Position numbers and translations under genes: made by a program | Notes under the pieces: generated by a model | The model's input: only the letters and a program-made list of their open reading frames with translations | Told to the model about the DNA's origin: nothing | The model's database searches: none | Source of the DNA: Caulobacteraceae bacterium | GTDB lineage: Bacteria; Pseudomonadota; Alphaproteobacteria; Caulobacterales; Caulobacteraceae | Length of the DNA stretch: 64,000 nucleotides | Direction: 5' to 3' | Assembly: GCA_965283745.1 (NCBI GenBank) | Contig: CBDIPM010000011.1 | Coordinates: forward strand, 151 to 64,150 | In this document: piece by piece, positions 1-11,462 of the stretch | Numbering within the stretch: the first letter of the stretch is position 1 | Layout of the letters: every line of letters begins with the position of its first letter

Positions 1-1231
1 ACAGGCCGATACGCGGCTGGGTGGTGCTGTTGCCCGAGGCGAAGCTGGACGACACCGAACCGTTGAACGAGTTGCCTTCGGTGCGCTGGTAGGTCAGGGC
101 CGCGCGGTGGTCGTCGTTGATGTTCCAGTCGAGCTTGGCCAGGTACTTCTTGTCGGACACCGGCGGAGCGCCGTCCACCCAGCTGCCCGGATCGTAGTTG
201 TAGGTCGCGATGGTGGCGGCCTGGAAGGTGTCGACCGCGGCGGTGGTGATCCGCGGGATCAGCGTGGTCTTGCCCGAGTTGACCGGACCCTGGTCAAGGT
301 TGAAGATCGCTTCGAACTCTTCGTAGGACAGGAAGAAGAACAGCTTGTCCTGCAGGATCGGACCGCTCAGCGAGAGGCCCCAGGTGGTTTCCTCGAACAG
401 CAGGTCGATGTTGCCCGAGGGCAGGCTGTCGCCCTTCTTGCTGTCATCGGTGGTTTCGTAGAAGGCCGAGCCCGAGAAGGCGTTGCCGCCCGACTTGGTG
501 ACGGCGTTGATCGAGCCGCCGAGGAAGCCGTTGTTCAGGACGCTGTAGGGCGCGATCGAGACCTGGACCGCTTCGACGGCGTCCAGGGAGATCGGCGAGC
601 GCTGGGTCGGGTAGCCGTTGCCGTTCAGGCCGAAGTCGTCGTTCTGGCGGATGCCGTCGACGGTCAGCTGGTTGAAGCGGTTGTTGACGCCGCCGAACGA
701 CAGGGCGTCGTTGTTGTCCGGGTCGCCGACGACGGCGAACGGATCGAGACGGGCGATGTCCTTCAGGTCGCGGGAGATCGAGGGCAGGCCGGCGACGTCG
801 CTCTGGCCGAAGTTGGTGCCGGCGCCCTGGCTGGTGCCGGTGCTGGCGGCGGCCGTGACCACCAGTTCCTCAACCGTCGAGCCGGCGCTGGCGAGCACCA
901 GGTCGACCGTCGACGGGTCGCCCACGCCGATGGCGCCGACCGTCCGCTGGGTGCTGTTGCGGTCGGGCGCGGAGGCCGCGACCGTGTAGGGGCCGCCGAC
1001 GCGGAGGCCGCGGACCGTGTAGTAGCCGGTGTCGCCGGTCATCGCGCTGATCGACGCGCCGGTCGGCGTGTGGGTGATGACGACCGTGGCGCCGGCCACC
1101 GGCGCGCCGGTGTCATCGGTGACCTGGCCGCGCATGGCGCCCGTGGTGTCCTGGGCGTAGACCGCGCTGGCCGACGCGAGCGCGAGAACAGCAATGGCTG
1201 CGCCGCCGGCGAGCCTGTTCATGAATTGCAT
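1..1231 (-). CDS. TonB-dependent receptor, Oar-like, with N-terminal carboxypeptidase-regulatory-like domain (5' part; runs off the window)
   Basis: Manual minus-strand translation from ATG 1231: MQFMNRLAGGAAIAVLALASASAVYAQDTTGAMRGQVTD...GATVVITHTPTG, then NNRFNQLTVDGIRQNDDFGLN, GGSINAVTKSGGN, GLSLSGPILQDKLFFFLSYE. Absent from the ORF track because its stop lies outside the window. Confidence 0.88.
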   Translation of the reverse strand, partial: MQFMNRLAGGAAIAVLALASASAVYAQDTTGAMRGQVTDDTGAPVAGATVVITHTPTGASISAMTGDTGYYTVRGLRVGGPYTVAASAPDRNSTQRTVGAIGVGDPSTVDLVLASAGSTVEELVVTAAASTGTSQGAGTNFGQSDVAGLPSISRDLKDIARLDPFAVVGDPDNNDALSFGGVNNRFNQLTVDGIRQNDDFGLNGNGYPTQRSPISLDAVEAVQVSIAPYSVLNNGFLGGSINAVTKSGGNAFSGSAFYETTDDSKKGDSLPSGNIDLLFEETTWGLSLSGPILQDKLFFFLSYEEFEAIFNLDQGPVNSGKTTLIPRITTAAVDTFQAATIATYNYDPGSWVDGAPPVSDKKYLAKLDWNINDDHRAALTYQRTEGNSFNGSVSSSFASGNSTTQPRIGL

Positions 1232-1507
1232 GTGTGAGTATCCCCTCTCATCCCGACGCCGGTCGAAAACCTGTGACGGACCCGGCCCGGGCATTGGCAG
1301 CACGCCTTAACGCGTGAATGCGAAGCTTAGGTGACGATGCCGGAAGGGTCCCAACGCCTGTTTCCCTGTCATAAAGCCGCGCCCGGACGAAGCAAGGCGG
1401 CGTTAACGATTGGAGCGCTTTTGAGGCGCCTTGTCGCAAGATTGCGACACCACGAGGCAGGGTTCGCCTTTACAGAGGCCACTTCCGAGGCCAGCGTTCC
1501 CCGTCCC

Positions 1508-3106
1508 ATGACCCAGACCGATCCCGCGTTCACAACTGATGCAGCCCGCGCCGCACGCGCCACGCTGCTTCTCGTCCTTGGGCTGACAGCCCTTCGGCTG
1601 GCGGCGGTGTTCATCTCGCCGCTGGAACTGTACCCGGACGAGGCGCAGTACTGGCTGTGGTCCCGCACCCTGGACTTCGGCTACTTCTCCAAGCCGCCGA
1701 TGATCGCCTGGTCGATCTGGCTGACCACCCTGATCGGCGGCGATTTGGAAGCCTTCGTGCGCCTGGGCGGCCCCCTGTTCCACGCGGCGACGGCGACGGT
1801 GCTGTTCGCGGTCGGGCGCAAGCTCTACCGCCCCTGGACCGGCGCGGCGGCGGCGGCCCTCTACCTGCTGATGCCGGGCGTGGCGCTGTCCTCGTTCATC
1901 GCCGCCACCGACGCCCCGCTGCTCTGCTTCCTGTCGCTGACGCTGCTGGCCTACGTCTCGCTGCGCGACGACCCGGCCGACCTCAAGCCCGCCTTCGGGC
2001 TGGGCGCGGCGCTGGGCCTGGCGTTGCTGTCGAAGTACGCGGCCCTCTACTTCCTGGTCGGGATGGCTCTGCACCTGGCCCTGTCGGTCGAGGCGCGGAG
2101 GGTCTGGACCCTTCGGCGCGGGCTGGCCGCCGGCCTGACCCTGGCGGCGGTCATCGCGCCCAACCTGGCCTGGAACGCCGCCCACCAGTTCGCCACCGTC
2201 AGCCACACCGCCGCCAACGCCAACGTCGGCGGCTCACTGTTCAATCCGGGCGAGATGCTGGGCTTCATCGGCGAGCAGTTCGGCGTCTTCGGTCCGATCC
2301 CGTTCGCGGTGCTGGCCGGCGCGGGGATCACGCTCGCAATCCGCCGCCGCTGACGGGACCGGACCTGCTTCTGGCCTGTCTGACCGTACCGCCGCTGGCG
2401 GCGATGATCGTCCAGGCCCTGATCTCGCGCGCCAACGCCAACTGGGCGGCCAGCGCCTATGTCGCCGGCGCGGTGCTGACCGCCGCCCTGCTGACCCGCG
2501 ACTGGTCCGGCGGCTGGACCCGCGCCGCCCGCGTCGGCCTGGGCGCGGCGGTGGCGCTGCAGGCCGCCATGGCCCTGTTCATCGTCGTCGCCGCCGCCAA
2601 CCCGCGCATCGTCGACCAGCTGGGCCAGTCCAACAGCATCAAGCGCCTGCGCGGTTGGGAGGAGGCCAGCGACCTGGTCATCCAGCGCGCCCGCACCGAG
2701 GCGCTGAACGGAGGCGTCACCGCCATCGCCGTCGAGGACCGCTTCCTGTTCAACGCCATGGCCTACTACGGCCGCGACTACTTCGCCGAACCCGGCGCCG
2801 CGCCGCTGACCATCTGGGTTCGCGACAGGGCCGGCAACCAGGCCGAGGCCGAGGCGCCGCTGACCCCGGCCAGGGGCGGCCGGGTGGTGGTCGCCATCCT
2901 CGACGACAAGGCCGAGCGCAAGCAGACGCGGATCGGCGCCGACTTCGGCAAGGCGTCGCTGATCGAGGTGCGCCGCATCACCCTGAGCGTGCCCTGCAAG
3001 GGCAAGCCGGGCGAGACCGACGCGAAGTACGACCACCGCTGCGTGAGGCGGGTCAGCCTGCTGCTGGGCGAGGGGTTCGCGCCGAAGGCTGTCCGGGACG
3101 ATCTAG
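1508..3106 (+). CDS. Glycosyltransferase family 39 (ArnT/PMT-like) membrane protein; apparent frameshift ~2350, 3' end uncertain
   Basis: DEAQYWLWS..LDFGYFSKPP and LSKY motifs in ORF 1331..2353; continues in the frame of ORF 1657 (LTGPDLLL..ANANWAA..RLRGW). One added C at cgccgc(c)tgacg joins the frames. A probable second indel near 3095 would give a stop at TAG 3104-3106. Confidence 0.8.
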
Positions 3107-3687
3107 CGGCCCCAGACCGCCTTGATCCGCGCGTCGCGGCCGCAGGTCTGGCGGTAGAAGGCGTATCGAACCGGGTTCTTCTTCGCGTAGTCCTGATGGT
3201 AGCCCTCGGCGTTCCAGAACGACGAGTAGCGCAGGATCGGCGTGACGATCGGCTGGCCCCTGAGCCGGGCCGCCGCCGCGGCCTTCGACGCCTCGGCCGC
3301 CTGGCGTTGCGCCTCGGTGGCGACCCACACAGCGGTCGAATACTGGGAGCCCCGGTCGCAGAACTGGCCGCCCGCGTCGGTCACATCGACCAGCGGCCAG
3401 AACCGGTCGACCAGCTGACGGTAGCTGATCTTCGCGGGATCAAAGGTGACCTTCACCGCCTCGCGATGACCTTCGTGGTTCTCGTAGGTCGGGTTCTTCA
3501 GATCACCGCCGGCGTAACCGGACACCGCGTCGACCACGCCCGGGATCTTCTCCATGTCCTTCTCGAGGCACCAGAAGCATCCGCCGGCGAACCAGGCGGT
3601 CTCCAGCTTGGGCGCGGCCTGGGCCGGACCGATGGCGGCCAGGACGAGGGTGGCGGCGATGGCCGTCAGGAAGCGGGTGATGTTCAT
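3103..3687 (-). CDS. msrA: Peptide-methionine (S)-S-oxide reductase with predicted signal peptide
   Basis: FAGGCFWC, SGYAGG, GHREAV, GQFCDRG.QY and AEGYHQDY motifs; hydrophobic N-terminus ending AQA. Confidence 0.93.
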   Translation of the reverse strand: MNITRFLTAIAATLVLAAIGPAQAAPKLETAWFAGGCFWCLEKDMEKIPGVVDAVSGYAGGDLKNPTYENHEGHREAVKVTFDPAKISYRQLVDRFWPLVDVTDAGGQFCDRGSQYSTAVWVATEAQRQAAEASKAAAAARLRGQPIVTPILRYSSFWNAEGYHQDYAKKNPVRYAFYRQTCGRDARIKAVWGR

Positions 3688-3779
3688 GGTCGGTAACTGG
3701 TCCTTCGCCGGGCAAGGACAAGTCACGAAGTGGTCGAGCCGCCGGGGACACGCCCTGAAGGGCATGTCCCCGCGCCTTG

Positions 3780-4421
3780 CTAGACCGCGAGCTCGAAGGC
3801 GGCTTCCGTCTTCTCGCGAACCTCATCGACGGTCACGCCGGGGGCCAGTTCGATCAGGCGCACCGGCGTCTTGCCGCGGTTGACCTCGAACACGCCCAGC
3901 TCGGTGATCAGGAGGTCGACGACGCCGGCCCCGGTCAGCGGAAGGGTGCATTGCTTGAGCAGCTTGGGTGCGCCGGACTTCTCGCAGTGGTCCATGACCA
4001 CCACCACGCGCTTGACGCCGGCCACCAGGTCCATGGCGCCGCCCATGCCCTTGACCATCTTGCCGGGCACCATCCAGTTGGCCAGGTCGCCGCCCTCGGA
4101 AACCTGCATGCCGCCCAGGATCGACAGCGCGATATGCCCGCCGCGGATCATCGCGAAGCTGTCGGCCGACGAGAAGTAGGACGAGCTGTCCAGCTCGGTG
4201 ATCGTCTGCTTGCCGGCGTTGATCAGGTCAGCGTCTTCCTCGCCCTCGTACGGGAACGGGCCCATGCCGAGCATGCCGTTCTCGCTCTGCAGCGTCACGT
4301 TCACGCCCTCGGGGATGTAGTTGGCGACCAGGGTCGGGATGCCGATGCCCAGGTTCACGTAGAAGCCGTCCTGCAGCTCCTTCGCCGCGCGGGCGGCGAC
4401 TTCGTCACGGGTCCAGGCCAT
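3780..4421 (-). CDS. scoB: 3-oxoacid CoA-transferase subunit B
   Basis: [19 protein letters not shown] (catalytic Glu), KGMGGAMDL; start overlaps the scoA stop. Confidence 0.95.
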   Translation of the reverse strand: MAWTRDEVAARAAKELQDGFYVNLGIGIPTLVANYIPEGVNVTLQSENGMLGMGPFPYEGEEDADLINAGKQTITELDSSSYFSSADSFAMIRGGHIALSILGGMQVSEGGDLANWMVPGKMVKGMGGAMDLVAGVKRVVVVMDHCEKSGAPKLLKQCTLPLTGAGVVDLLITELGVFEVNRGKTPVRLIELAPGVTVDEVREKTEAAFELAV

Positions 4422-5131
4422 CAGACGGCTTCCTTCTGGCGAGTGGTGACGCGCTCGATGCGCTTTTCGAAGACGGCGCCCTTGAAGATGCGGTCCACGA
4501 AGATGCCGGGCGTGTGGATGTTGTCCTTGTCGAGCGCGCCGATCTCGACCAGCTGCTCGACCTCGACGACGGTCTTCCTGCCGGCCGTCGCCATCATCGG
4601 GTTGAAGTTGCGGGCCGTCTTGCGGAACACAAGGTTGCCCTCGGCGTCGCCGGTGTGCGCCTTGACGATCGACAGGTCGGCGGTCAGGCCGCGCTCCATC
4701 ACATAGAGCTCGCCGTCGAACTCGCGGACTTCCTTGCCCTCGGCCACCAGGGTGCCGACGCCGGTCTTGGTGAAGAAGGCCGGGATGCCCGCGCCGCCGG
4801 CGCGGATGCGCTCGGCCAGGGTGCCCTGCGGATTGAACTCCAGCTCCAGCTCGCCGGAGAGGTACAGCTTCTCGAACAGCTTGTTCTCGCCGACGTAGGA
4901 GCTGACCATCTTCCGGATCTGGCCGCTCTCCAGCAGGATGCCGAGGCCGAAGCCGTCGATCCCGCAGTTGTTGGAGATGACCGTCAGGTCCTTCACGCCG
5001 TGTTCGCGGATCGCCGCGATCAGGTTCTCGGGAATGCCGCACAGGCCGAAGCCCCCGGCCATGATGGTCATGCCGTCGAACAGGAGCCCGTCGAGGGCTT
5101 CGGCGGCGGTCTTGGTCACCTTGTCGACCAT
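4421..5131 (-). CDS. scoA: 3-oxoacid CoA-transferase subunit A
   Basis: [45 protein letters not shown]. Confidence 0.95.
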   Translation of the reverse strand: MVDKVTKTAAEALDGLLFDGMTIMAGGFGLCGIPENLIAAIREHGVKDLTVISNNCGIDGFGLGILLESGQIRKMVSSYVGENKLFEKLYLSGELELEFNPQGTLAERIRAGGAGIPAFFTKTGVGTLVAEGKEVREFDGELYVMERGLTADLSIVKAHTGDAEGNLVFRKTARNFNPMMATAGRKTVVEVEQLVEIGALDKDNIHTPGIFVDRIFKGAVFEKRIERVTTRQKEAV

Positions 5132-5321
5132 GGGTCCTCCAGGGAAAGCGCGGCGACCGTCTCGCCGAGAACGGGGAGAAATTCAACCCGTGATGAATAA
5201 CGCAGGGGCGCCTGACGCTAACATCGCCGTGTCCGCCTCGCCAAACGCCGCGCAAGACAATCGACCCTTGCGCGCGAAGGCGCCAGTACTACGGACAGCG
5301 GCAGTGGTGCGAGGGATCGGG

Positions 5322-7154
5322 ATGGCGGCGGAATTGGCGGGCGTGAACCTGGCCCAGGTCGTGGCGGTGCTCGGCGCCGGCGTCATCGCCGGCCCGATCT
5401 TCAAGCGCCTCGGGTTCGGCTCCATCCTCGGCTACCTGGTCGCCGGGATCATCATCGGCCCCTTCGCCCTGGGCGTGCTGGAGGAGCCGGAGACCATCCT
5501 GCACATCGCCGAGCTCGGCGTGATCATGTTCCTGTTCATCATCGGACTGGAGATGCGGCCCTCGCGCCTGTGGAGCATGCGCCGCGACATCTTCGGTCTG
5601 GGCGCCGTGCAGGTGGCGGGCTGCGGTGCGGCCATGACCCTGGCGGGGATCGCCTTCGGCCTGGCGCCGGCCGTCGCCTTCATCGGGGCCATGGGTTTTG
5701 TGCTCTCCTCGACCGCCGTGATCATGCAGATGCTGGAGGAGCGCGGCGAGACCACCACACCGCTGGGCCAGCGGGCCGTCTCCATCCTGCTGCTGGAGGA
5801 CCTGGCCATCGTGCCGCTGCTGGGCGTGGTCGCGCTGCTGTCGCCCCGTCCGGAGACCGGCGGGTCGTGGGCCGAGGACGTGCTGATCGCGCTGGGGGCC
5901 CTGGTCGGGCTGTTCATCGCCGGCCGCTACCTGCTCAACCCGCTGTTCCGCCTGCTGTCGGCCGCGAGGGCCCGCGAGGTGATGACCGCCGCCGCCCTGG
6001 CCGTGGTGCTGGGCGCGGCCTGGATCATGGACCTGAGCGGCCTCTCCATGGCCATGGGCGCCTTCCTGGCCGGGGTTCTGCTGTCGGAATTGGCCTATCG
6101 CCACCAGCTGGAGGCCGACGTCGAGCCGTTCCGCGGCCTGCTGCTGGGCCTGTTCTTCATCGCCGTGGGCATGTCGCTGGACCTGGGCGTCGTCGCCGCC
6201 GAGTGGCGGGTGCTGGCCATCACGGTGCTGGGCCTGATGCTGATCAAGGCCCTTGGCATCTTCACGGTGGCGAAGCTGTTCCGGGCCCGCACCGGCGAGG
6301 CCGTCAATCGCGCGGCGCTGTTCGCCCAGGGCGGCGAGTTCGCCTTCGTCCTCTACTCGGCCGCGGCGGCGGCAGGGGTGATCAATGCCGGGGACAACGC
6401 CATCTTCACCGCCGCCGTCATCCTGTCGATGATCCTGACGCCGTTCGTGGTCATGGGCGTGCGCGCCCTGACGCGACCGGAGGAACAGAACACCGACGGC
6501 GTCGAGGAGCCTACGGCCTGTCGGGCAGCGTTCTGGTGGTGGGCTTCGGCCGCTTCGGCCAGGTCGTCTGTCAGTCGCTGCTGGCCCGGGGCGTCGACGT
6601 CAGCATCCTGGACCTCAACACCAGCCGCATCCGAAACGCCGAGCCGTTCGGGTTCAAGGTCTACTACGGCGACGGGTCGCGGCCTGAGATCCTGCACGCG
6701 GCCGGCGCCCACAAGGCGCGGCTGATCGCGGTCTGCATCGAGGACGTGAAGGCCGCCAACCTGATCGTAGAGCTGGCCAAGGCGGAGTTCCCGCAGGCGA
6801 CGCTGATGGTCCGCGCCTTCGACCGCGGCCATGCGCTGGACCTGATCAAGGCCGGGGTCGACTACCAGATCCGCGAGACCTTCGAGTTGGCCATGACATT
6901 CGGCGGAAGCGCTGGAAGCGCTGGGCCTGACGCCTGAGGAGGTCGCCGAGACGAGCGCCGATATCCGCGAGCGGGACGAGGAACGGTTCGCGCTGGAAAT
7001 GACCGGCGGCATCTATGCCGGCGTCGGGCTGCTGCACGGCAACGCCCCGATACCGGGACCGCTCTTCAAGCCGCGCAAGCTCAAGGCGCCCGTCGCGGCC
7101 GAAGAGCCGGCGTGGTGGACCCCAGGGGCCCGCCCGAACCGGAGTAGGCGTTAG
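5322..7154 (+). CDS. KefC/KefB-like CPA2 K+/H+ antiporter with TrkA-N domain; apparent frameshifts ~6511 and ~6906, possibly ~7112
   Basis: AELGVIMFLFIIGLE, EADVEPFRGLLLGLFF, QGGEFAFV; the next frame gives VLVVGFGRFGQ, VYYGDGSR, RAFDR, IRETF; the third frame gives EALEALG..IRERDEERF. End at 7147 or 7154. Confidence 0.88.
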
Positions 7155-7825
7155 CCGCGGAACGGACGCAGCACGATCTCGACGCGACGGTTCTGGGCGC
7201 GGCCCTCGACCGTGGCGTTGCTGGCGATCGGCTGGGTCTCGCCCCGGCCCTGGACGTAGAAGCGGTCGCGCAGCAGGCGGCTGTTGTTGATCAGGTAGGC
7301 GGCGACCGAGCTGGCGCGGCGCTCCGACAGCGACTGGTTGTACATGTCGTCGCCGGTGGAATTGGCGTGGCCGGTGATGTCGACCAGGGTCTGCGGATAG
7401 CGGTTCAGGATCGTGCCCACGCCATCCAGCACTTCGTAGAACTGCGGCTGGATGTCGGCGCGATCGACGCCGAAGGTCACGTCGCTGGGCATGTTGAGGA
7501 TCAGGTCGTCGCCCTGGCGGGTGACGGTCACGCCGGTGTTGGCCAGTTCGGCCCGCAGTTCGGCCTGCTGGCGATCCATGTAGTTACCGACGGCCGCGCC
7601 GCCGAGGGCGCCGACGCCGGCGCCGATCAGGGCGTTCTTGCGGCCCTGCTCGCCGTCGCTGGTGTTGGTCAGATAGCCGAGCAGGGCGCCGCCGAGCGCA
7701 CCCGCGATCGCGCCGGTCCCGGTGTTGTTGCGGACCGTCTCGCCGGTGTTCGGATCGATGGTCGTGCAGGCGCCCAGGGCGGTGGCGGCGAGCAGGCAGG
7801 CGGCAAGCGCCGAGGTCTTCAGCAT
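7151..7825 (-). CDS. OmpA-family lipoprotein with glycine zipper (YiaD-like)
   Basis: Lipobox LGAC, Gly-rich zipper, GNYMDRQ, NQSLSERRA, GRAQNRRVEI. Confidence 0.92.
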   Translation of the reverse strand: MLKTSALAACLLAATALGACTTIDPNTGETVRNNTGTGAIAGALGGALLGYLTNTSDGEQGRKNALIGAGVGALGGAAVGNYMDRQQAELRAELANTGVTVTRQGDDLILNMPSDVTFGVDRADIQPQFYEVLDGVGTILNRYPQTLVDITGHANSTGDDMYNQSLSERRASSVAAYLINNSRLLRDRFYVQGRGETQPIASNATVEGRAQNRRVEIVLRPFRG

Positions 7826-7854
7826 GGGTAGCTCCGGTGTGATTGTGCTGCCCA

Positions 7855-7879
7855 AACGCCCTGTCCCCGCAATGGTTCC
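7855..7879 (-). promoter_or_regulatory. SigT/EcfG (ECF15) general-stress promoter for the OmpA gene
   Basis: Minus strand reads GGAAC-cattgcggggacaggg(16)-CGTT, an exact match to the GGAAC-N16/17-CGTT consensus, 30 bp upstream of the ATG. Confidence 0.75.
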
Positions 7880-7946
7880 GCATTCTCCGCCCGGGCTTGA
7901 TCCAGGTCAGGTGCGCCGTCGCACCCGGCGGTGTAAAAGAACGCTC

Positions 7947-8897
7947 ATGACCGACACGACCCTGACCAAGTCCGCGATCGAGCCCGTCTCGTTCGCGCTG
8001 TACGACACCGACTTCGAAGCCTTCTCCCGGGCGCTGGGCGACAGCTTCCGGCGCTATGGCTTCGCGGTGATCTCCGACTACGACATGGAACAGGCGCGGA
8101 TCGACGCCGCCCTTGACGCGGCCAAGCGCTTCTTCGCCCTGCCCGAGGCGGTGAAGACCCGGTACGCGGTCGGCAAGGGCGGCCAGCGCGGCTACATCCC
8201 GTTCGGGATCGAGACGGCCAAGGGCGCGACGCACCACGACCTGAAGGAATTCTGGCACATGGGCCGCGACCTCCCGCCCGGCCACCGCTACGAGCCGCAG
8301 ATGCCGCCCAACGTCTGGCCGGCCGAGACGCCGGACTTCCAGGATAAGGTCAGCTGGCTCTACGGCGCGCTCGACAGCATGGGGGTCAAGGTCCTGCAGG
8401 CCATCGCCCACTACCTGGGCCTGCCGCGCCACCAGTTCGACGACGCCGTGGCCGAGGGCAACAGCATCCTGCGCCTGCTGCACTATCCGCCGATCCCGGC
8501 CGACGCGACCGGCGTGCGCGCCGGCGCCCACGGCGACATCAACGCCATCACCCTGCTGCTCGGCGCCGAGGAGGGCGGGCTGCAGGTCAAGGACCGCGAC
8601 GGCCAGTGGCTGTCGATCAATCCGCCGCCGGGGTGCCTGGTCTGCAACATCGGCGACATGCTGGAGCGGGCCACCAACCATGTCCTGCCCTCGACCATCC
8701 ACCAGGTGGTCAACCCGCCGCCAGAGCGTCGCGGCTTCGCGCGCTACTCGACGCCGTTCTTCCTGCACTTCGCGCCGGATCACGAGATCAGGACCCTGCC
8801 CGGCTGCGCCACGGCGGAGAACCCCGACCGCTATCCCGAGCCGATCACGGCCGACGCCTTCCTCATGCAGCGGCTGCGCGAGATCAAGCTGCTGTAG
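7947..8897 (+). CDS. 2-oxoglutarate/Fe(II) dioxygenase, isopenicillin N synthase family
   Basis: DLKEFW, LRLLHYPP, HGD (HxD), NIGDML, HQV and RYS motifs. Confidence 0.92.
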   Translation: MTDTTLTKSAIEPVSFALYDTDFEAFSRALGDSFRRYGFAVISDYDMEQARIDAALDAAKRFFALPEAVKTRYAVGKGGQRGYIPFGIETAKGATHHDLKEFWHMGRDLPPGHRYEPQMPPNVWPAETPDFQDKVSWLYGALDSMGVKVLQAIAHYLGLPRHQFDDAVAEGNSILRLLHYPPIPADATGVRAGAHGDINAITLLLGAEEGGLQVKDRDGQWLSINPPPGCLVCNIGDMLERATNHVLPSTIHQVVNPPPERRGFARYSTPFFLHFAPDHEIRTLPGCATAENPDRYPEPITADAFLMQRLREIKLL

Positions 8898-8985
8898 GAC
8901 AGGCGGGCGCGGGCTCCGCGCACGGTAAATTAACCACAGGCCGCCCACAGTTTTTCCCAACGATACGGACCAGGGGAAACCAGGG

Positions 8986-11425
8986 ATGGCGCCGCAGGAG
9001 GCCGAGGCCCGCCGCGTGGCCGCGATGCGCTCGCTCGACCTGGCCGCCCTGCGGCCGGTGATCGACCGCGTGACACGGCTCGCCCGCAGCGCCGCCGACG
9101 CGCCATATGCCTATGTGACCCTCGTCGACGAGGGCCGCGTCTGGCTTTCCGGCTTCGATGGCGTGCCGGAGCACTATGGTGACATCGCCAACTCCTCCAC
9201 CGCCCGCAACCTGTACGGGGAAGCGATCTGGCAGGAGGATCTGCTGCAGCTCTGGCCGGACCATCCCTGGGTCAGCGGCCCGCCCTATGGCCGCTTCTAC
9301 ACCCACGCCCTGATCGAGCTGTCGAACGGCGTGCGGCTGGGCGCGCTGTGCGTCGCCGGGACCGAGCCGCGCAAACGCGATGATCGCGTGATGGCCGACC
9401 TCGCCGACCTCGCGGCCCTGCTCGCCGAGGCGATCGAGCGCCTGCAGGCGACCCGCGCGGCGGAGACGGCCGTTCGCGAGGCGCGCGCCGCGACGCAACT
9501 GAAGGAGGCGATCATGCGCGCCTCCCCGGTGGCCCTCGGCCTTACGGACAGGGACCTTCGCTACCTGTACGTGAACGAACACTGGGAGACCGAGAAGGGT
9601 ATCAGCGCCGCCGATGCGCTGGGCCGCTCGATGGCGGAGCTGTTCCCAGCCTCCTACCCGGTGCTGGAGGCGTCATACCAGGCCTGTCTGGCGGGGGTGG
9701 CGCAGACGACCGACCGGATGCTGGTGCCCAGTCATCGCCTGCCCGACCGCTGGCTCCGGGGCGCGCTCTGCCCGTGGTACGACGAGCATGGCGAGATCGG
9801 CGGCATGGTCACGATGTCCCATGACGTCGGCGATGTGGTCGGCGCGCTGGAGGCCGCGCAGCGCTCCAGCAAGCGTCTGGCCCTTGCCCTCGATATCGCC
9901 GAGGTGCTGGTCTACGAGGTCAACTACCGGACCCGGACCCTGCGCGTCGACGGCGCGGCCGACACCTTCTTCGGCGGCGCGCTGAGCTACGAGGACGTGG
10001 CGCGGGACATGTGGGTCACCGTCCACCCCGAAGACCGTCCCGCCGCCGTGGAGGCCTGGGACCGGCACCTGCGCGACGGCACGCCGTTCCGCACCGAGTA
10101 CCGCCTGAACCCGCCCGACGGCCGTGAGGTCTGGGCCTTTTCGGCCGCCGAGCTGCTGTACGGCGAGGACGGCCGCATCGACGGCGTGCTGGGCGTGCTC
10201 AAGAACATCACCGCCCGCAAGCAGTCGGAAGTGGCGATCATGCGGGCGCGCGACGCGGCGGAGGCCGCCAACCGCGCCAAGAGCGAGTTCCTCGCCAACA
10301 TGAGCCACGAGATCCGCACGCCGCTGAACGGCGTGATGGGCGTGGCCTCGGCCCTGGCCCAGACCTCGCTCACCGACGCCCAGGCCGAGATGGTGGGGCT
10401 GATCGAGACCTCCGGCCAGACGTTGGAAGCCATCCTCGCCGACGTGCTGGACCTGGCGCGTGTCGAGGCCGGCCGCCTGGAGCTGAAGGCCGAGCCCTTC
10501 GACCTGGGCGACTGCCTGAAGTCGGCCGCGGCCCTGTTCCGACCAGCCGTCGAGGGCAAGGGCCTGGGCTTCGACATCGACATCGCCCCGGAGGCGCAGG
10601 GCGCCTTCGTCGGCGACGCGGTCCGGGTCCGGCAGATCATCAGCAACCTGCTGTCCAACGCCGTCAAGTTCACCTCGTCCGGCCGCCTGGGCCTGAAGGC
10701 CGCCGCCCGTGACGAGGCGCGCGGCCGCACCCGCCTGACACTGACGGTCAGCGACACCGGCATAGGCTTCCTGCCCGAGGTGAAGGCCCGCCTGTTCGAG
10801 CGCTTCCAGCAGGCCGACGGCTCGATCACCCGCCGCTACGGCGGCACGGGCCTGGGCCTGGCCATCTCCCGCGCGCTGGCCGAGGCCATGGGCGGCGACC
10901 TGGAGGCCGAGTCGACGCCCGGAGAGGGCGCGACCTTCACCCTCACCCTGTATCTCGAGCGCGCCGCACGGCCGGAGACAACGGCGCCGGTCGCGCCCTC
11001 GGACCTGTCGCACGGCGAGCGCGAACCCCGGGTGCTGCTGGCCGAGGACCATGCGATCAACCGCAAGGTCGTCGAGCTGCTGCTCGGCCAGGTCGGCGTC
11101 GACCTGGTCAGCGTCGAGAACGGGGCGCAGGCCGTGGAGGCGGCCGCGCTCAGCCGCCTTCGACCTGATCCTGATGGACATGCAGATGCCGGTGATGGAC
11201 GGCCTGACCGCCATTCGCGCCATTCGCCAGGACGAGCAGGCCCGGCAGGCGCCACCGACCCCGATCTGGGCCCTGTCGGCCAACGCCCTGCCCGAGCACA
11301 TCGCCGCGTCGATGGCGGCCGGCGCGGACGGGCACCTGACCAAGCCGATCTCCGGCGCCGCCTTGGTCGAGGTGCTGATGAAGGCCTGCGAGCAGGTCGA
11401 GGCGCGGGAACGCGCCGCGGGCTGA
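8986..11425 (+). CDS. Soluble hybrid histidine kinase GAF-PAS-PAS-HisKA-HATPase-REC; apparent frameshift ~11152
   Basis: FLANMSHEIRTPLNG, NLLSNAVKFT, DTGIG, GGTGLGL, LLAEDH; the receiver continues in another frame as FDLILMDMQMPVMDG..LTKP. Confidence 0.9.
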
Positions 11426-11462
11426 CACCGCCGTCAGCGGCGGTGAATGCCGCGGCCGGACG

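Noticed and set aside
107-1237. 376-aa plus-strand ORF and the many other long overlapping ORFs in the track (e.g. 41118..42671, 43121..45610)
   Set aside because: Antisense or alternate-frame shadows of recognisable genes, expected in very GC-rich DNA; no motifs of their own.
1657-3696. 679-aa ORF fully overlapping msrA on the opposite strand
   Set aside because: Only ~2350-3100 is GT39 coding sequence; the rest is better explained by indel-caused read-through.
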